A stretch of DNA of 64,000 nt from Camelus ferus (GCF_009834535.1 NC_045697.1:14386001-14450000); one strand, 5' to 3'; numbered from the stretch's first letter, positions 39,413 through 53,222 are shown. Numbers and translations: made by a program. Notes: generated from the sequence alone by a model not told the origin.

Positions 39413-39536
39413 AGGGAAGAAGAAGAAGAAAAATAATCCTTCTTTCCCCTCCGCTTTCCTCATTTTTAAGGTTTTCTTTATGTTGCATTAATGATCACCC
39501 AGTGAAAAAAGAATCACGCAAACAGATCTCGAGTGG

Positions 39537-39556
39537 CAATCAATCAATCAATCAAT
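39537..39556. repeat. (CAAT)5 tandem repeat
   Basis: Directly visible. Confidence 0.9.
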
Positions 39557-40028
39557 CTTGCTATTTTTTTCGGCCTTAAACTGAGAACACAACAGATATC
39601 ACTGAAAGTAAACAGGATTGAATTTTCAGTATTTAAACCAGCGTTAAGGGACCACACAATTTTCTGTACTCATTGCTCCCCATTTTGGATTCCAGGGAGT
39701 GAGTCCTCTGCATGAGTCATTCACACCACGATCACCTGTTCGTACCTTTGCCTTCCCTGAAAGTGAGAAAATAGATGTGCCTGATATGCAGCTTTATTAG
39801 CATAAGCTGACATGCCCAGAGATGGGACAGTCCTTCACATTGCCACATACGGACAATAATGGATGGGGCTTATTCAAGCAGAGTGATTTCAAAAGAAACA
39901 AGATGTGTTCGCAGAGTATTAGTCCAGGAGTAGATGGAGCAGTGTCTGGGACTTCAGATGGTTGGGGAGGACTCAAGGAAAATCCGTAGTGACCCGGTGG
40001 GCAAGCCAGCGAGTGCTTGAAAGACTAT

Positions 40029-40036
40029 TGACGTCA
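40029..40036. promoter_or_regulatory. Full CRE palindrome TGACGTCA (candidate)
   Basis: ttgacgtcaa, about 770 bp upstream of exon 2. AP-1 site atgagtcat at 39712-39720. Confidence 0.3.
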
Positions 40037-41959
40037 AGAGCCACATCTGTCCAGCCCAGCATCAGCTTGCCCACTCTGAGTGACCAGAAGCCTGCTTTTG
40101 CATGTTGAGATATCTCCTCCCCAGATCTATTCAGCACGTGTTGAATACAAAGAATACAAAGCAATAGCAAAAGGACCAGTCTAGATCAAGGTTAGACCGT
40201 GCTTATAATACGGACCTGGCAAATGTATCTCATTGCTTATCTGCTTTATAATTCCCATCTTGGGATTATAAAGTCTTGACTGCAAGGCTACTGATCTGTT
40301 TCCTTATGGAGCTGTTCATCTTATCATCAGTGTCAGTTGGCTGAAAAACCTGATAGATCTCTTGTGTGGGGGATGACAGCGAACTAGTAGATACATACAT
40401 CACATCAGATCATTTCCCTGCTTAAAAGCCCCCTAAAACCTTCACATTGTTCTTTGAAAAAAATCCACACCTTTTACACTGCAGCCCAGTGCCTGCATGA
40501 TCTGGCCCTGCCTCACTCTGACAGCATTTACCACCACCCTTCCTATTGCCCTAGACGGTCAGCCACTCGCCGCACACCACCCTTCTCGCCTTTGTTGGAA
40601 CTCACACAGCAGGCCCCTCCTCCGTCCCTGCCCTTGGCACTTACATGGTGTGAAACGTCTTGCTTACTTGATATGCCAAGTACTGGCTGAGCCTGGCACA
40701 AAGGAAGAGATCAATGAACGTCTGACAAATGCGTGAACAGATTCGCATTTGATAGCAAAAGAAGACACGATTTCATTTCCTAGATTGGTATCTAAGCAAG
40801 CTTTTAAACTTGTAAAATGAATCCTATTTACATAAAACAGGCTCTCTAGTTGGCTTTTTCGTCGTACTACATTTCTAAAGGGACACGTCCATCTAAGTGT
40901 CCTCTCCTTTGTAAACCTGCCTGGGATGCGACAATTTTGCTTTTGCTTCCCAAGGGAACAGTCTGCTTCCTCCGTTTGTGCCCTTTCAAACTTCCATGCC
41001 GTTGCGTACAAAGTCTGGTGGGTCCTTCATCAATTATCAACCTCTAGTGCCCACGCAGCCTCCCAGACTCCACTCCTTGACAAATGTTCCCTGCTGTGTT
41101 TGCAACCTTCCTGAGGGAAGGAGGACCCCCTCCCTCCCCTGCTCTATCTTCTCATCACACCCTATTCTTCTGGGTATCACCCTCTCTTGCAGGGTGAGAC
41201 CCTATTCTGACAAGGGGTTGGTTTTACTCGACATCTGCAGTAGGAGACAGACTGGTGTTACCTCTTACTCAGCTACTTTGTTTCAGATTTGTTTTCTTGA
41301 TATCTAGCCAAACTCTAAAATCATCCCTGAAACTGGTGCGTGGCAGACACTCAAGAAATATTTGTTGGTTGATTGATTTCCTCCTTGTCCCTTAAATTCT
41401 GGTATCTGCCAAGCTCACTCTCTCTATGACAGCTTCCTGAGCCCTCCGGGCGGGGTGTAGGGGAGGGGTCTTCCTGTTTCCCGAGTACCTACAGGTATTA
41501 ATCTTACACTCCCTGCGCCTGGGCCCAATCTGGTAATTAATGATGTTCTTCCTTAATTAATGAAGTATCTTTTGAACTGCACTTGACTACAAAGTATACA
41601 GGTTGCTGTTTTCAATCAGGAGTTAAAAGTCTTAGATTTTCGCCCCTGTTTTACTACTTCAAGGTAAGTGACCTTGAGCAGGCTATTAAACGTCTCAGGG
41701 TCTCTGTCTTTTCTTTGCAAAACAAAAGGGTTTATACTAAAATATCTTGGTTGTCAAAACACAGTTTTAAAGTCCCTTTTAGGAGTATATTTAAATGTAA
41801 AGTGTACATGTTTTTATCATGTTTTCTCTTCAATGAGAGCTTTAGCTTCCTAAGGCAGGATGTAGACACCATACAATCCTGTTTCTCTGTTTCTCTCCCT
41901 CCCACTCCCCCACCCCCCACCCCCAGTATCGTAACATCCTGTTCTTTTCCCGAGTGTAT

Positions 41960-42180
41960 AGTGTTTGAGTGTTCAGGCGTAGGAATAAAACAGCCCGGAT
42001 AGACCCCAGCACCACATGATCTTGGGTAAGTTTACTTAATCTCTCTGAATCTCAGTTTCCTCATCAATAAAATGGATTAGTAATGGTATCTCCTTAATAA
42101 CATTATTAGAATCTAATAAGATATTATACAAAGCATTACACACTGACTGTTCATAATGTACTCTCAAGAAACATTAAATA
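41960..42180 (+). mobile_element. MIR SINE
   Basis: tgatcttgggtaagtttacttaatctctctgaatctcagtttcctcatcaataaaatgg. Confidence 0.85.
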
Positions 42181-42551
42181 CTAATTTTTTTTCAGTCCTT
42201 TGAGTTTACCCTCAGGCCATTTCCACATGCCATCATCTTTATCTGAAATTTTGTTTCACCTCACTGTGGCCTAGTTCATTTCTGTTCTGTCGTCCTTGAG
42301 ATTAGAGTTCAACCATCACTCTGAGGAAGACGTTCCGCGGCAGAGCAAACGCGATAATGAACAGCGTTAGTACACGTTCCTGGTTTCCTGTATTTCTCCT
42401 CACAGCGTTATCACAGGAATTAAAGTAACTGATGATACAGGTATGTATCTGACGTGTCTTCCCTGCCGCAGTGTAAGACTGAAGATGTCTACATCCAGCC
42501 TTTAGGGAATAGATGCTAACGGGAGTAGCAACCATGTAACGGGACAAGCTG

Positions 42552-42850
42552 CAGGCAGACCTCAGAGACACTGCAGGTTCCGTTCCAGACCACTGCAATG
42601 AAGCAGCTATTGCAATAACACGAGTCACATGAATGTTTGGTTTCCCAGTGCATATAAAAGTTACGTCTCACCCATACTATAGTCTATGAAGTGTGCAATG
42701 GCATTATGTCTTAAAAAACAATGTCCAAGCCTTAATTTAAAAATACTTTAGTGCTAAGAAATGCTAACCATCATCAGACAACACAGAGTTGCCACAAATT
42801 TGTTTAAAAAAAAAAAAAGAGGATAAATTCATTGAAATGAGGTATGCCTG
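42552..42850. mobile_element. Short internally deleted Tigger1 derivative (Tigger1a_Art-like)
   Basis: Terminal inverted repeats CAGGCAGACCTC ... GAGGTATGCCTG, 3' TA, and Tigger1 body ggtttcccagtgcatataaaagtta. Confidence 0.88.
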
Positions 42851-43120
42851 TATATGAGGCAACCGTTTCTAAGCACCGAGCAATGAGCATTGTAGAGCTG
42901 TGGCACTGGAGGGAAAAGAAACCCAAGAGGCAAGAGCCACCACTGCCCCGGCTTGCTGTCTGCGGGCAGGTTCTTTCCATTGTTCACAAAGGCGGCGCTC
43001 ACTCATGCTCACGGAGCTGAGGTGGCAGAGCCTGGAATTCGCAGGGGGAGGTGCTGGAGAAGAGAGACCTGTTATGTGTGCCAGAAGGGAGGACCTGTGT
43101 GAGAATTAAATGTGGGTCGT

Positions 43121-43637
43121 CGTGATGATTAGTTCTATGCGTGAGCATGACTGGGCTAAGGGATGTCCAGATAGCTGGCAAAACATCGTCTCTGTGTACG
43201 TCTGTGAGGGTCCTTCTGGAAGAGGTGAGGGGTTTAATTGGCAGACTGAGTAAAGAAAATCACATGCATCCGTGCTGGTGGGCATAGTCCAATAAGCTGA
43301 GGGCTTGAGTAGAACTCAAAAGCAGAGGAAGGGTGGATTTGTTCTCTGCCTCAGTCCAGACATCCATCTTCTCCTGCCTTCACACATTGCTGCTTCTGGT
43401 TCTCGGGTCTTTGGTCCCTGACTGCCACTTACATCATTGGCTCCCCCGGTTCTCAGGCCTTTGAGTTTGGACTGGAACTGTGCCATCAGCTTTCCTGGGC
43501 CTCTAGCTTGCAGACAGTAGGTTGTGGGACTTCTCAGCCTCTTAATTGTGTGAGGCAATCACTCATAATAAGTGCCTTTATGTAAAGCTCTCTATGTCCT
43601 GCTGGTTCTGTTTCTCTGGAGAACGCTGACCAACGTA
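43121..43637 (+). mobile_element. MLT2B-type ERVL solo LTR
   Basis: gactgggctaagggatgtccagatagctggcaaaacat...tgggacttctcagcctc...ggttctgtttctctggagaac. Confidence 0.88.
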
Positions 43638-43989
43638 GTTACTGACCAAGGGCTGGGTGACGCATGCTCAGGCTCAGACTTCATAATATTCAGCAAGCAA
43701 ATGCTGCTGCAGGACTGAGAACTAAATGGAGATGTCAGAAGTTGTGCAGTGCTGTGAGATGTCGGAGTTCAGGCCCAGCACCATCCCCCCTCCAAAAAAA
43801 AAATAAATAAATAAATAAAAAGGAAAAGGAAAGAAAGAAATTAACACTGCTGCACTGAGTATCTCTGGCATTCACTAGAGAGCTTAGAAGGACTATGTGT
43901 TTCAAGTAAGGATCATTTCCCAGAGTAAGAGCCATACCGTATAACTAAGTATAAAATCAAAATTGATCTACCCTAGCAAATAATAGGAT

Positions 43990-45430
43990 TGAAGTTGGCA
44001 AGACCAGAAGTATTCCATAGTGACTATGGAATGCCTTCCAGAGCAGTACTCAACACCATTTAAAGGAAGACAACATAATCCAAACATCCTACAGCATATT
44101 ATGACAATGTCTTACATGCTATCAAACATCAGCAGACATGTAATGGAGCAGGAAAATGTCACCCATAATCAAGAATTTTTAAAAAGCAGGCAGCAAAAGC
44201 AGATCCTAGGATGACATAGATGTTGGGCTTTAAAGAAAAAGATAGTCAAGACAGTCATAATATGTAAACAGGTAAAAAAAAATTAGCAATGAAATTAAAG
44301 TTACAAAAGGAACCAAATGAAAATTTTACATGTGAAAAGTAAAATACCTAAAATGAAAAAAAAACTTTTTAGATGGGTTTAATGGCAGATTGGGAACTAT
44401 CGAAGAAAGAGTTAAGAGCTTGAATAGAGATGGAAAGAGACAAATCATCCAATGTGAATAATAACAGAGAGGAAAGGATATTAAAAAATAAACAAATCCT
44501 TAGTGATTTGTGAGACAATATCAAATAGGCTAACATGAATGTAATTAGAGAATCAAATGAGATGGGAGAGGAAAATGAGAAAAATAAATGGCCAAAACAT
44601 TCCAAATTTGTTCACAAACATCAATAGATATATCCAAGAATCTTACTGAACCATAATCAAGATAAATACAAGATGAATCACATATAGGTGTGTCATAGCC
44701 TAATTGTTGGAAAAAATTAGAAAAATCCTAAAAAAAAAAAACCTAGAATAAAAGAACATATTATATATAGTGGTAAAAATATGACAATGGCTTTTTCATC
44801 ACAAACAACAGATGACAGAAAACAATGGAACAAGCGCTGGGGGAAATAAGAAGACTTGCAACCCAGAATTCTATCTTCAGTGAAAATAGTTTTTTGAGAA
44901 TAAAGATGAAATAAAGATATTTTCAGAAAAAAGCAAAGCTAAGAGAAATCATAGCTACTAGGCCTGAATTACAAGCAATACTAAAGGAATTTCTTCAGGC
45001 TGAAAGGAAATTACATGATATGGAAACTTAGACCTATAGGTAGAAATAAAGAACACTGGAAATTGAAAATACTTGAATAAATATAAAATATTATCTCAAC
45101 TTCCTCTTATTTCCTTTAATACAAACAAAAAAGTATTGTGGGGTTTATTACATTTGTAGATACAACAATTCTGACAGTAGCAGCATTAAAGCATGGGGGC
45201 CGGTAAATGAAATTTTACCGTTGTTCATTTTACACAGAGTGGTACAATATTAACTTAATTTGTCTGAATAAGTGAAGGAGACTTCTAGGAAAACAGATGA
45301 AAATAATAAGAGGAGATGCAGTCAAAACTCCAGTTAAGGAATTAAAATGTAGTATCAAAAACATTTGATTAACTTTATGAAAGAAGTCAGGGACAGAGAA
45401 ATAGAGAAATCAAGAGAATACATAAGACAG
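43990..45430 (+). mobile_element. Old L1 5'/ORF1-region relic
   Basis: A-rich with ORF1-like motifs (atgggtttaatggcagatt; atttgtgagacaatatcaaatagg; caacccagaattctat; aaggaatttcttcaggctgaa). No open frame. Confidence 0.8.
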
Positions 45431-47959
45431 AAGACTCGTGCTCAACTGCATCATGAAACCAGGAACCAAACCTTTCTTATTCACTATTGGAACTCCATTA
45501 CTTTGCACAGTGCCTAATATATAAGAAGTGTTCGATCAATATATAACAAAAGCATGACATCAGAGTATATATCATATGATGGCCTCAAAATGTATAGATT
45601 GGCTAAAGGTCTGTGATTGGTGGCTGCATTTAGAGTCTGCATGGTAGGTGAAGCGGTCCCCGCCCCACACTCTGACAGGACAGCTGGGGTGAGGGCACTC
45701 TGCTAGGGACGACGCTGACTGCATTCCCCAGCCGCTAACACTAAAAGAAAAGTGATGGTGAAGGTAGGTCAACCAGCAAAGTGCCTTCGTACGGAGGGCA
45801 TTTCACCCCCATAGAAACCAAATACTCTTTGATAAATTAATTATATCACATAAATATGTATGTACTCATTTATTTAAAACACATTTATTAAAAACACATT
45901 TATTATAATGCAGATTTTAAAAAAATGTTTGTTGTTGATACACAGTGGTCCTAAAAGAAAAAGTCCCTGCTCTCCAGGGTCTAACCATCTACATTGATGG
46001 TAATATCTGTTACATTACAAGGCTGACTTGTCAGTTTCTTTTATTAAACCCAAATTCTTGGTGGAAGGACTGCTTGGTCATTAATTCGTTTACTCAGAAA
46101 ACACTTATTGAATGCCTTCAGTGTGCTTTGCACCGTCCCAGGTGCTGGGAATAATGCAGTGAATAAACCAGACAAAAATTCCTGCTTTGATACATCTTAC
46201 ACTATCATCAGGGTGGAAAAAGTAGTAGATAAAAATATATAACAAAATATAAAATTTGCCAGATAGAAAGCTAGAGACTTCTGTTGGTAAACAGGTAAAC
46301 AGAGGGGGTTGAGGAAGACCTATAATTTTAAATGTGGTGGCCAGGGAAGGCTTTGCTGGAGATACAGTTGAGCAAAAACACCTAATGAAATGAGAGTTTC
46401 TTACCATATTTTGATTATTAGCAATTAGTACAGTATATTATACCTATTAGGCACTAATATATATTTACTGAGTGATTAGTCTTATTTATTAATTTATTCA
46501 ATTAACATTTATTGACACCTACAATGGACAAGTTCATACCTTAAATTAATTGGTTACATACACCACTAATCCAACTACCCATCCAATCCAATAACCTATC
46601 ACACATTTATTGCCGTAGAAACCAGAACGGAGTCAACTCCCTAAGTCCTGCATCTAGGCATTAACCCCGTCTACTAGGATAAAGGCACTTCAAAAATCAT
46701 GAAACAAAGTAGCACAAAAAAGAGAGTAAAAGGTAAGTGTGCAAATAAATAGGCCACTTTAAATTGTGATGTCACCGAATGGAAATGCCCTCATTTTTAG
46801 CAACAGGAACGGTTTCATCTTACAAAGCCTGACGTTACTGGGAACAAATCAGCTGACCGTCATCTTGGTTGCTCCGTATTTCTGACTTTCCGCATCTCAC
46901 ACGGTGTCTATGTGAGTGGTCATTTTTCACAGACTGCTTTTCAAGTTACACAAAAAATGCTATTATGTGTAAATGTCAAGCTTCTGGGGTGAGTGATGGG
47001 CCATGAATTATGAATTCAACAAGTAATGATGATGGTAATAGAAGTGGTAATTTCACCATAATGAGGACTATGCCTGTCTTCTTCCTTTTTCTAGTATAGC
47101 TGATCGCAAAAACGAGCATTTCCCGTGGCTTTGCATAGGGATGAAGGCTCCTGCTCCGTAAATCACAGCCCCGTTCAAGCTTCCATCTCGTGCTTTTGAA
47201 TTATGGACGATGTTTTTCTTCCTGGATCCTAAGCCCACGGAGGCGTCTGGTGGAGGAAGATGGCTAATAATGTTTCCACAGACACGGTGGCTTCCATGAA
47301 TCAATGACCATGACAAAACCGCCAGGCATTTCAGTGGCACTGTGACCCCGCCTGCATCTTCTTTGAACCGGTGACAAGCTGATTCACGAGCAGTGACCCG
47401 GCGCTGAGACAAGAAGAGCTTTCTTCACGAGCTGCCGATGTGCACTTAACAGCGGCATGCCTAGTTTTCAAATGGACTTGGGGCTCATAGACACACACAC
47501 ACGCATAGAGTTGATGTTGCCTTTTCAGATTTATTTCTGAAGAAACAGGGCCCCAGATTATTTGGAGTTTGTACTCCGGTGATGATTCTTGATTCTTGCT
47601 GAAAATTGCTGCCGAACCACACCAGCTGATAGTGGATGCTGCAGTCAGCCCCCAGCTGAAACCGTCCACATTTAAGAAGGTTAGGAGCAGGGCTCAGGAC
47701 TGAAAATCAGGGGGAAATACCTACTTTTCATTTTGTAACTATGAATGTTAGAGGTGTCACTCTGACCTTTCTAACTGACCTGTTTTTTTTTTGCCTGATT
47801 GTGAAACCAGTTACCTTCCTCCTCTAATCCAGAAGGAGACAGAAAGTGCTTGAGTTTGCTGGAACTAATCTACAGAATAGAAATGCAAATAGAGTAAATT
47901 TGACTCCACTGAGAGCTGCTACTTGAAGATGCTTTCTTCTCTTAAAATGCGTGCCGGTC

Positions 47960-48230
47960 TGTCCGTCAGCCTCTCCGTCTGTATCCCGGGTTTCTCTCAG
48001 CCTGTCTGTCTTCTCCAGCTTTCTCTCTCATTTTCTGCAGTCTTTCTCACTTCCTTAGCTCTGTCTCCCTCTCTCTGTCTTTCTCTGGCTCCACGTCTCT
48101 CTGTCTTTCTCCTTCTAGGTAACTACCCGCATTCTCCTTTCTCCGTCTTTCTCTGCTCTGCCCCTGTCCGCCTCGCTGCCTCTGACTCAGTCTCTCTCTC
48201 AAAAAAGGCCTGTCTCCGTCTCCCCCATTT
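47960..48230 (+). repeat. Pyrimidine-rich (CT) low-complexity tract
   Basis: Directly visible; explains the S/L-rich ORF 47923-48312. Confidence 0.8.
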
Positions 48231-48587
48231 GGTCTTCTTTACCTTTGTGTTGCTTGTGTGCCTCGTGAAACACTCAGGTGAGCAGGGGATGATCATCGTA
48301 AGTTATTGCTAGGCAGGTCTCAGTAGACAACTAGATTGTCGAAAGTGCCAGTGCTTGCCAAACCAGTACAAAGTGCTCATTTGTACACATTTCTGCCCAG
48401 TTCTCTGGGCACAGCCAGCCAGAGGAGGTTAGCGGGAAACATGTTAAAAGCATCCGTTTTCTCTGGGATCCTTTAAGATTCACCCTTGAAGCCCAATTTT
48501 CCTTTGTTCTCTGCACAGGTGGCCAAAACTGCTCATCTGGTGACATCTTTTCGGTGGGAGTTGGAGCTCATTTGGAGTCCCTGTCAG

Positions 48588-48710
48588 TAGGATGACAAGA
48601 CTCCCTGGTTTGCCCAGGACAGTGCCAGTTTATGAGTTGTCCTAACATCCTATTTGTTAGCGCCCCCTTTTTGTTCGGGTTTAGATGCCAAATGACCTGG
48701 TCACGCTGTA
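48588..48710. mobile_element. MER94-like hAT-Blackjack element
   Basis: taggatgacaa...ctggtttgcccaggacagtgccagttt...tagcgccccctttt...tggtcacgct. Confidence 0.65.
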
Positions 48711-48859
48711 CTAGCAGCTGGTAAGTTCCGTGCCCGCAGGGTGATGTGCGGTCGTTGACTTCACTGCACTGTCAACAGTGCAATTTGTGCAACCTCATTT
48801 AAAAAGGGTATTTTGAAAAAATAGATATAATGGGTAGGAAAGATGAAGAATGGAGCTAA

Positions 48860-49236
48860 AATATAAGTATTTGCATATGATGGAATATTATTCAGCTTTA
48901 AAAAAAAAAAAAGAAGGAACTCCTGCCATATGTGACCACGTGGATGAACACTGAGGGCATTAGGCTAAGTGAAATAAGCCAGTCACAGAAGGACAAGTAC
49001 ATGAGTCCACCCACAGGAGGCATCCAAAGTCGTCAAACTCATAGAAGCAGAGACTAGAATGCGGGGTGCCAGGGCACGGGGGCAAGGGAAGTGGGGCGAT
49101 GTTGTTCAGCTGGTAATGAAGCTCCAGTTAGGCTGGCTGAGTTAGACTTAAAGATCTTCTCTGCAGCGCAGTGCCTCTAGTTAACTATGCTCTCTTGCGC
49201 ACTTAAAAACTTAAGGGGGTGGATGCTCAACTTGTG
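48860..49236 (+). mobile_element. L1 (L1MA/MB-type) 3' fragment
   Basis: atggaatattattcagctttaaaa...gctaagtgaaataagccagtcacagaaggacaa...tcaaactcatagaagcagag. Confidence 0.85.
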
Positions 49237-49780
49237 AGACAAAACAACATAAAAATTAGACCAACGTAAAAGAAATGTAACGGAAAATGTAAGTAATTTG
49301 AGCAACATTTGTAGCAGAAAGACTTGCAGCTTTGGCGTCAGGAAGAATGAGCGGGAGTAAGTTCTGCCACTTTTTGTTCGTGAGACTTTGAAAAGTAACT
49401 TAAACTCACTGAGCCTCTTTGATCTCGCCTGTATCACAGAAATAGCGCTGATGCCGGCCTTTGCTGTGTCCTGGGGCGGATAGGAGGTTCAGGTGGGGTT
49501 ACATGCACGCAGCTCCTGGCTAAAGAACGTTCTCCTCCCCTGCCTAGTGGCTAGGAGAGGGAAAAATATGTTTAAGGCTCAGCGCCCAGCTTAAGAAGGA
49601 ATATTTCAAAAAGGACAGTAGTGCTGCTTTTTCTTTTTTTTTTTTTTTTTGATATAGCAGCAAAGTATCCCCCAAATCTCTATCTTGACCGTTGACTCTT
49701 TAATAATAATTTTATTATAAATACAAATTAAACCTAAATCCAATTGCACTATTTCTTGTCTTCAAGCTAACACAAATAAC

Positions 49781-49782
<2 letters not shown>

Positions 49783-49840
<58 letters not shown>
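49783..49840. repeat. Perfect (AT)29 microsatellite
   Basis: 58 uninterrupted bases. Confidence 0.97.
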
Positions 49841-49845
<5 letters not shown>

Positions 49846-51650
49846 TAAGTGATTTTAATGATTAAGCATCGCACCTTCAAATTTTCCTTTGGGATTAGTC
49901 AACCATGTATTTAAAATTAGAAAGCTAGTTATAATTGAGTGAAGTCGAGTCTTCTGATGAAAAGAAACCACAAATGTAATTTATAAATTGAGTTTTAATA
50001 AGATTTGGGATTATAAAGTTTATTTTCTTGTCAGAATGTTTATTATATAATGAATCTTTCTACCCCTCCACTACCCAAGTACCATTCATCTTAGTACAGT
50101 GTAGGCTTTCCTGTTCATTTCACGATTGGTCAGTTACCTGACTACTGCCCTTTAATAACATGCTTGAAAGGCTTTTTTAAAAAAAAGAATTAAAAGCTTG
50201 TTTTCTTTTGTTCATTCTATTCAGCTTCTCTTGGTATAAAACCCTATAGGGTCTCATACTCCATTATAAGAACTCTGGCTTTTACTTCAATGAAACAGGC
50301 AGAAAGTGAACGATTTTGAGCAAAGGAATGAGGTAAGGTAATTTAAATTTCATTCTAGAAATATTCAGTGTGCACCTACTAAGCACTAGCAAAAACGAAC
50401 TAGTCTCTACTCTCATAAAATTTACCAACTAATGAAGAAGGTAAATATGAAAAAAAGAATTAAACAAAACAGACAGGTCCTCTAAATTTCACTTGAACAT
50501 GATCTTGCCCCTAAGGAAATGTGGAGATAAATAATGCCTAAAACTCAGGACTCTAACAACAGTAGCAAGAACTTTCTGTGTGCCAAGTACTTTACAAGCC
50601 TTCTATCATTTAACCTTTACAAGAACTCCATGTGGCGGGTGATATCACAATGGCCAAATCACAGGTGAGGAAGTTGAGCGTAGGGAGATGCACGCAGCTT
50701 TTAAGAGGCAGCACCAGGACGTAAGTGGATGTCCATCTGTCTGCCTCCTGGGTCCGATGTTCTGTCTTCTATGCTGCACTAACAACGGCCCCAGTAAATA
50801 ACTAGATTAGTTCACTGATGGGTTGTGTTTCATGGTGCAACCTTCAGCTACAGGGTATTTGTCTCACTCTGTGGAGTAATTTTTATTTCCTTCCCTGTCC
50901 CCTCGGTTAGGCTTTCTTAAAACTCATCCTATCTTGAATATTGTACTGAAGACTTGGTGACACTCGTTCCTTTACTAGAAATACTGCCTCTAATTCCATT
51001 TTCTGCAGGACATCCATCAAATTCTGGTGGTATTAAAAAATAATAATGCAGTTGAAGAGAAATCTGCACTAGGAGATCCAATTTCTTCATCGGAAAAATA
51101 GGGGTAATAATATGTGGCACTTACTAATCTCAAGGAAGTTAGGAGATGAATGAAGTAACTGTTTCTGCAAAATCTTTTAAATGTAGAAGAAATAACATAT
51201 AATCCATTATAACTTCCAGTGTGAAACACTACTTTTCTATCCTTTTGGGTCACTATATTCAATCTTTATCTTTCAACAGGGTATTTATTCTATAAAACTA
51301 TTTGTTCATTAATCTAACAAATAATATTTATTGGGTATAACACAGACCCTGTGCTAGGCACTTGGGATAAAAATCAAATAAGATATGCAGAGAAGCTCCT
51401 GTTCACAATTTTGTGAATACCAATTACTCGGTTTTGGCTTCTTGTTAGAATCAAGAGGGTGGCATAGAAAAATTAGCCATGCCTGATCAGACTAACTGAA
51501 TCAGGTAACTCAAACGTGAAGCCACATTTGAGACCCATTGTTCTGTTTGGTACCAATCCCATACCCATATTTGGATAGGTTTTTCCAAAGAGCTGTAGTT
51601 TCATGGGTTTGATATTGCAAACTGATATCTAGTCGTTTCTACATGGACAT

Positions 51651-52089
51651 TGTACTGTGTTGAGAGATGTCTCTCAAAAACTGAAGTTCACACTGAACCT
51701 CAGAATGTGATCTTATTTGGAAAGAGAGGTTTTGCAGATGTAATTAGTTAAGACGAGGTCATACTGAATGAGGGTGGGCCCTAAATTGAATGACTAGTGT
51801 CCTTATAAGAGAAAGGACACACACACTCACGGGGAAGAGGACTGTGTACAGATGGAGGCAGACACTGGAGAGATGCAGCTGCTAGCCAAGGAAGGCCAGT
51901 GATTGCCGTCAACCCTCAGAACTAAACAAGGCACAAGAGTCTCCTTCAGAGCCTTCAGAAGAAACCAACCATGCTGACACCTTAATTTCAGACTTCTGGC
52001 CTTCTAAACTCTGAAAGAATAAATTTCTGTTGTTTTAAACCATCTACTTTGCAACAATTTATCCACAGAAGCTCTAGGAAACAAATACA
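51651..52089 (+). mobile_element. MLT1C-type MaLR solo LTR, full length
   Basis: TG...CA ends with an exact 5-bp TSD GACAT (51646-51650, 52090-52094) and a standard MLT1 body. Confidence 0.9.
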
Positions 52090-52772
52090 GACATCAATTA
52101 ACAGATTTTTAAGAACGCCAGAAAAAGTCAAATTATACCGTAGCCACAGATTCATTCTCAGCTTTATCTATGAAGTCCCTCAAAATATGAGACATGGTGC
52201 GACCTTGTGATGCCTTCTTAGTGGGACTGGTAGTTTTTTCAAATTGCTACTAAGCATATTCATCGTAGGTGAATTAATCCACTGCACACTGCACCTGAGT
52301 GGATGTCTAGCTGTGTGGAGTCGCATAAAGATTCTGTAGCTAGGGCTGGGTAAATCTCTGTTGAAGACAAGCATTCACAAAGAACTAAACCAGACGTGAG
52401 GATCTTGCCATCTTTGCTTCTAATTAATTAATCAGTTATTTACTGAGTATCAGATGACTTTCCATATCACTGAGACTAGTAGCCAGGTTCCCTTCAATGG
52501 TCTACAAAGTGTTTACAGTCCTCCCACCAAAACTCATCTGTCTGTTTCATGTCCTAGTTCACTCTTCTCATTCTGTCCTTGCTACTTACTGGTCCCTGTG
52601 CCTGAAGTGCCTTATCTCAAGTGTCATCAAGGTCACTTCCTCACCTCCTTCGGGTCTTTACTCCAACATTAGCATCTCAGTGAGTCCTTCTCTGATCATC
52701 CTATTTAAACCTGGACCCTCGCATAATGACTCGCTATATTTCTTTCCTGCTTTATTTTACTACATGGCTCCA

Positions 52773-53134
52773 TGCTGTTAGCTGGACTGTGTCCCTCCCA
52801 GATTTGCAGGTAGAAGCCCTGGCCCTCAGGACCTCAGAATAGTTGACAATATTTGGAGACAGAGCCTTTAAAGAGGCAATTAAATGAAAATGATGCCTTT
52901 AGGATGGCTCCTAATTCCATCTGACTGATGTCTGTATAAAAAGAGGAGGAGAGACACTAGGGATGCCTGCATCCCATGTGAGGACACTGAGGAGGCTGTC
53001 TGCCAGCAAGGAGAGAGGCCTCAGGAGAAATCAAACTGCTAACACCTTGAACTTCCAGCCTCCAGCACCGTGAAGAAATAAATTCCTATTTAAACCACCC
53101 AGGCTTGTGATAGCAGCCCTAGAAAACTAACACA
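52773..53134 (+). mobile_element. MLT1A/B-type MaLR solo LTR
   Basis: atttggagacagagcctttaaagagg...acttccagcctccagcaccgtga...tagcagccctagaaaactaacaca. Confidence 0.85.
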
Positions 53135-53136
53135 GT

Positions 53137-53222
53137 CAACCACAAAATTTATTGTCCAACCTGGAACACCACTTAGAATGGAAAAGGGACACTAGTAATA
53201 ATGATGCTAGGACAATTGTCAT
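53137..53222. mobile_element. MER94-like fragment
   Basis: aatttattgtccaacctggaacac...aaaagggacactagtaataatgatgctaggacaa. Confidence 0.5.

Noticed and set aside
38877..39488. 203-aa minus-strand ORF as a stand-alone gene
   Set aside because: Only 39164-39265 is KCNIP4-like and it is bounded by splice sites. The rest stays open because of high GC and low complexity.
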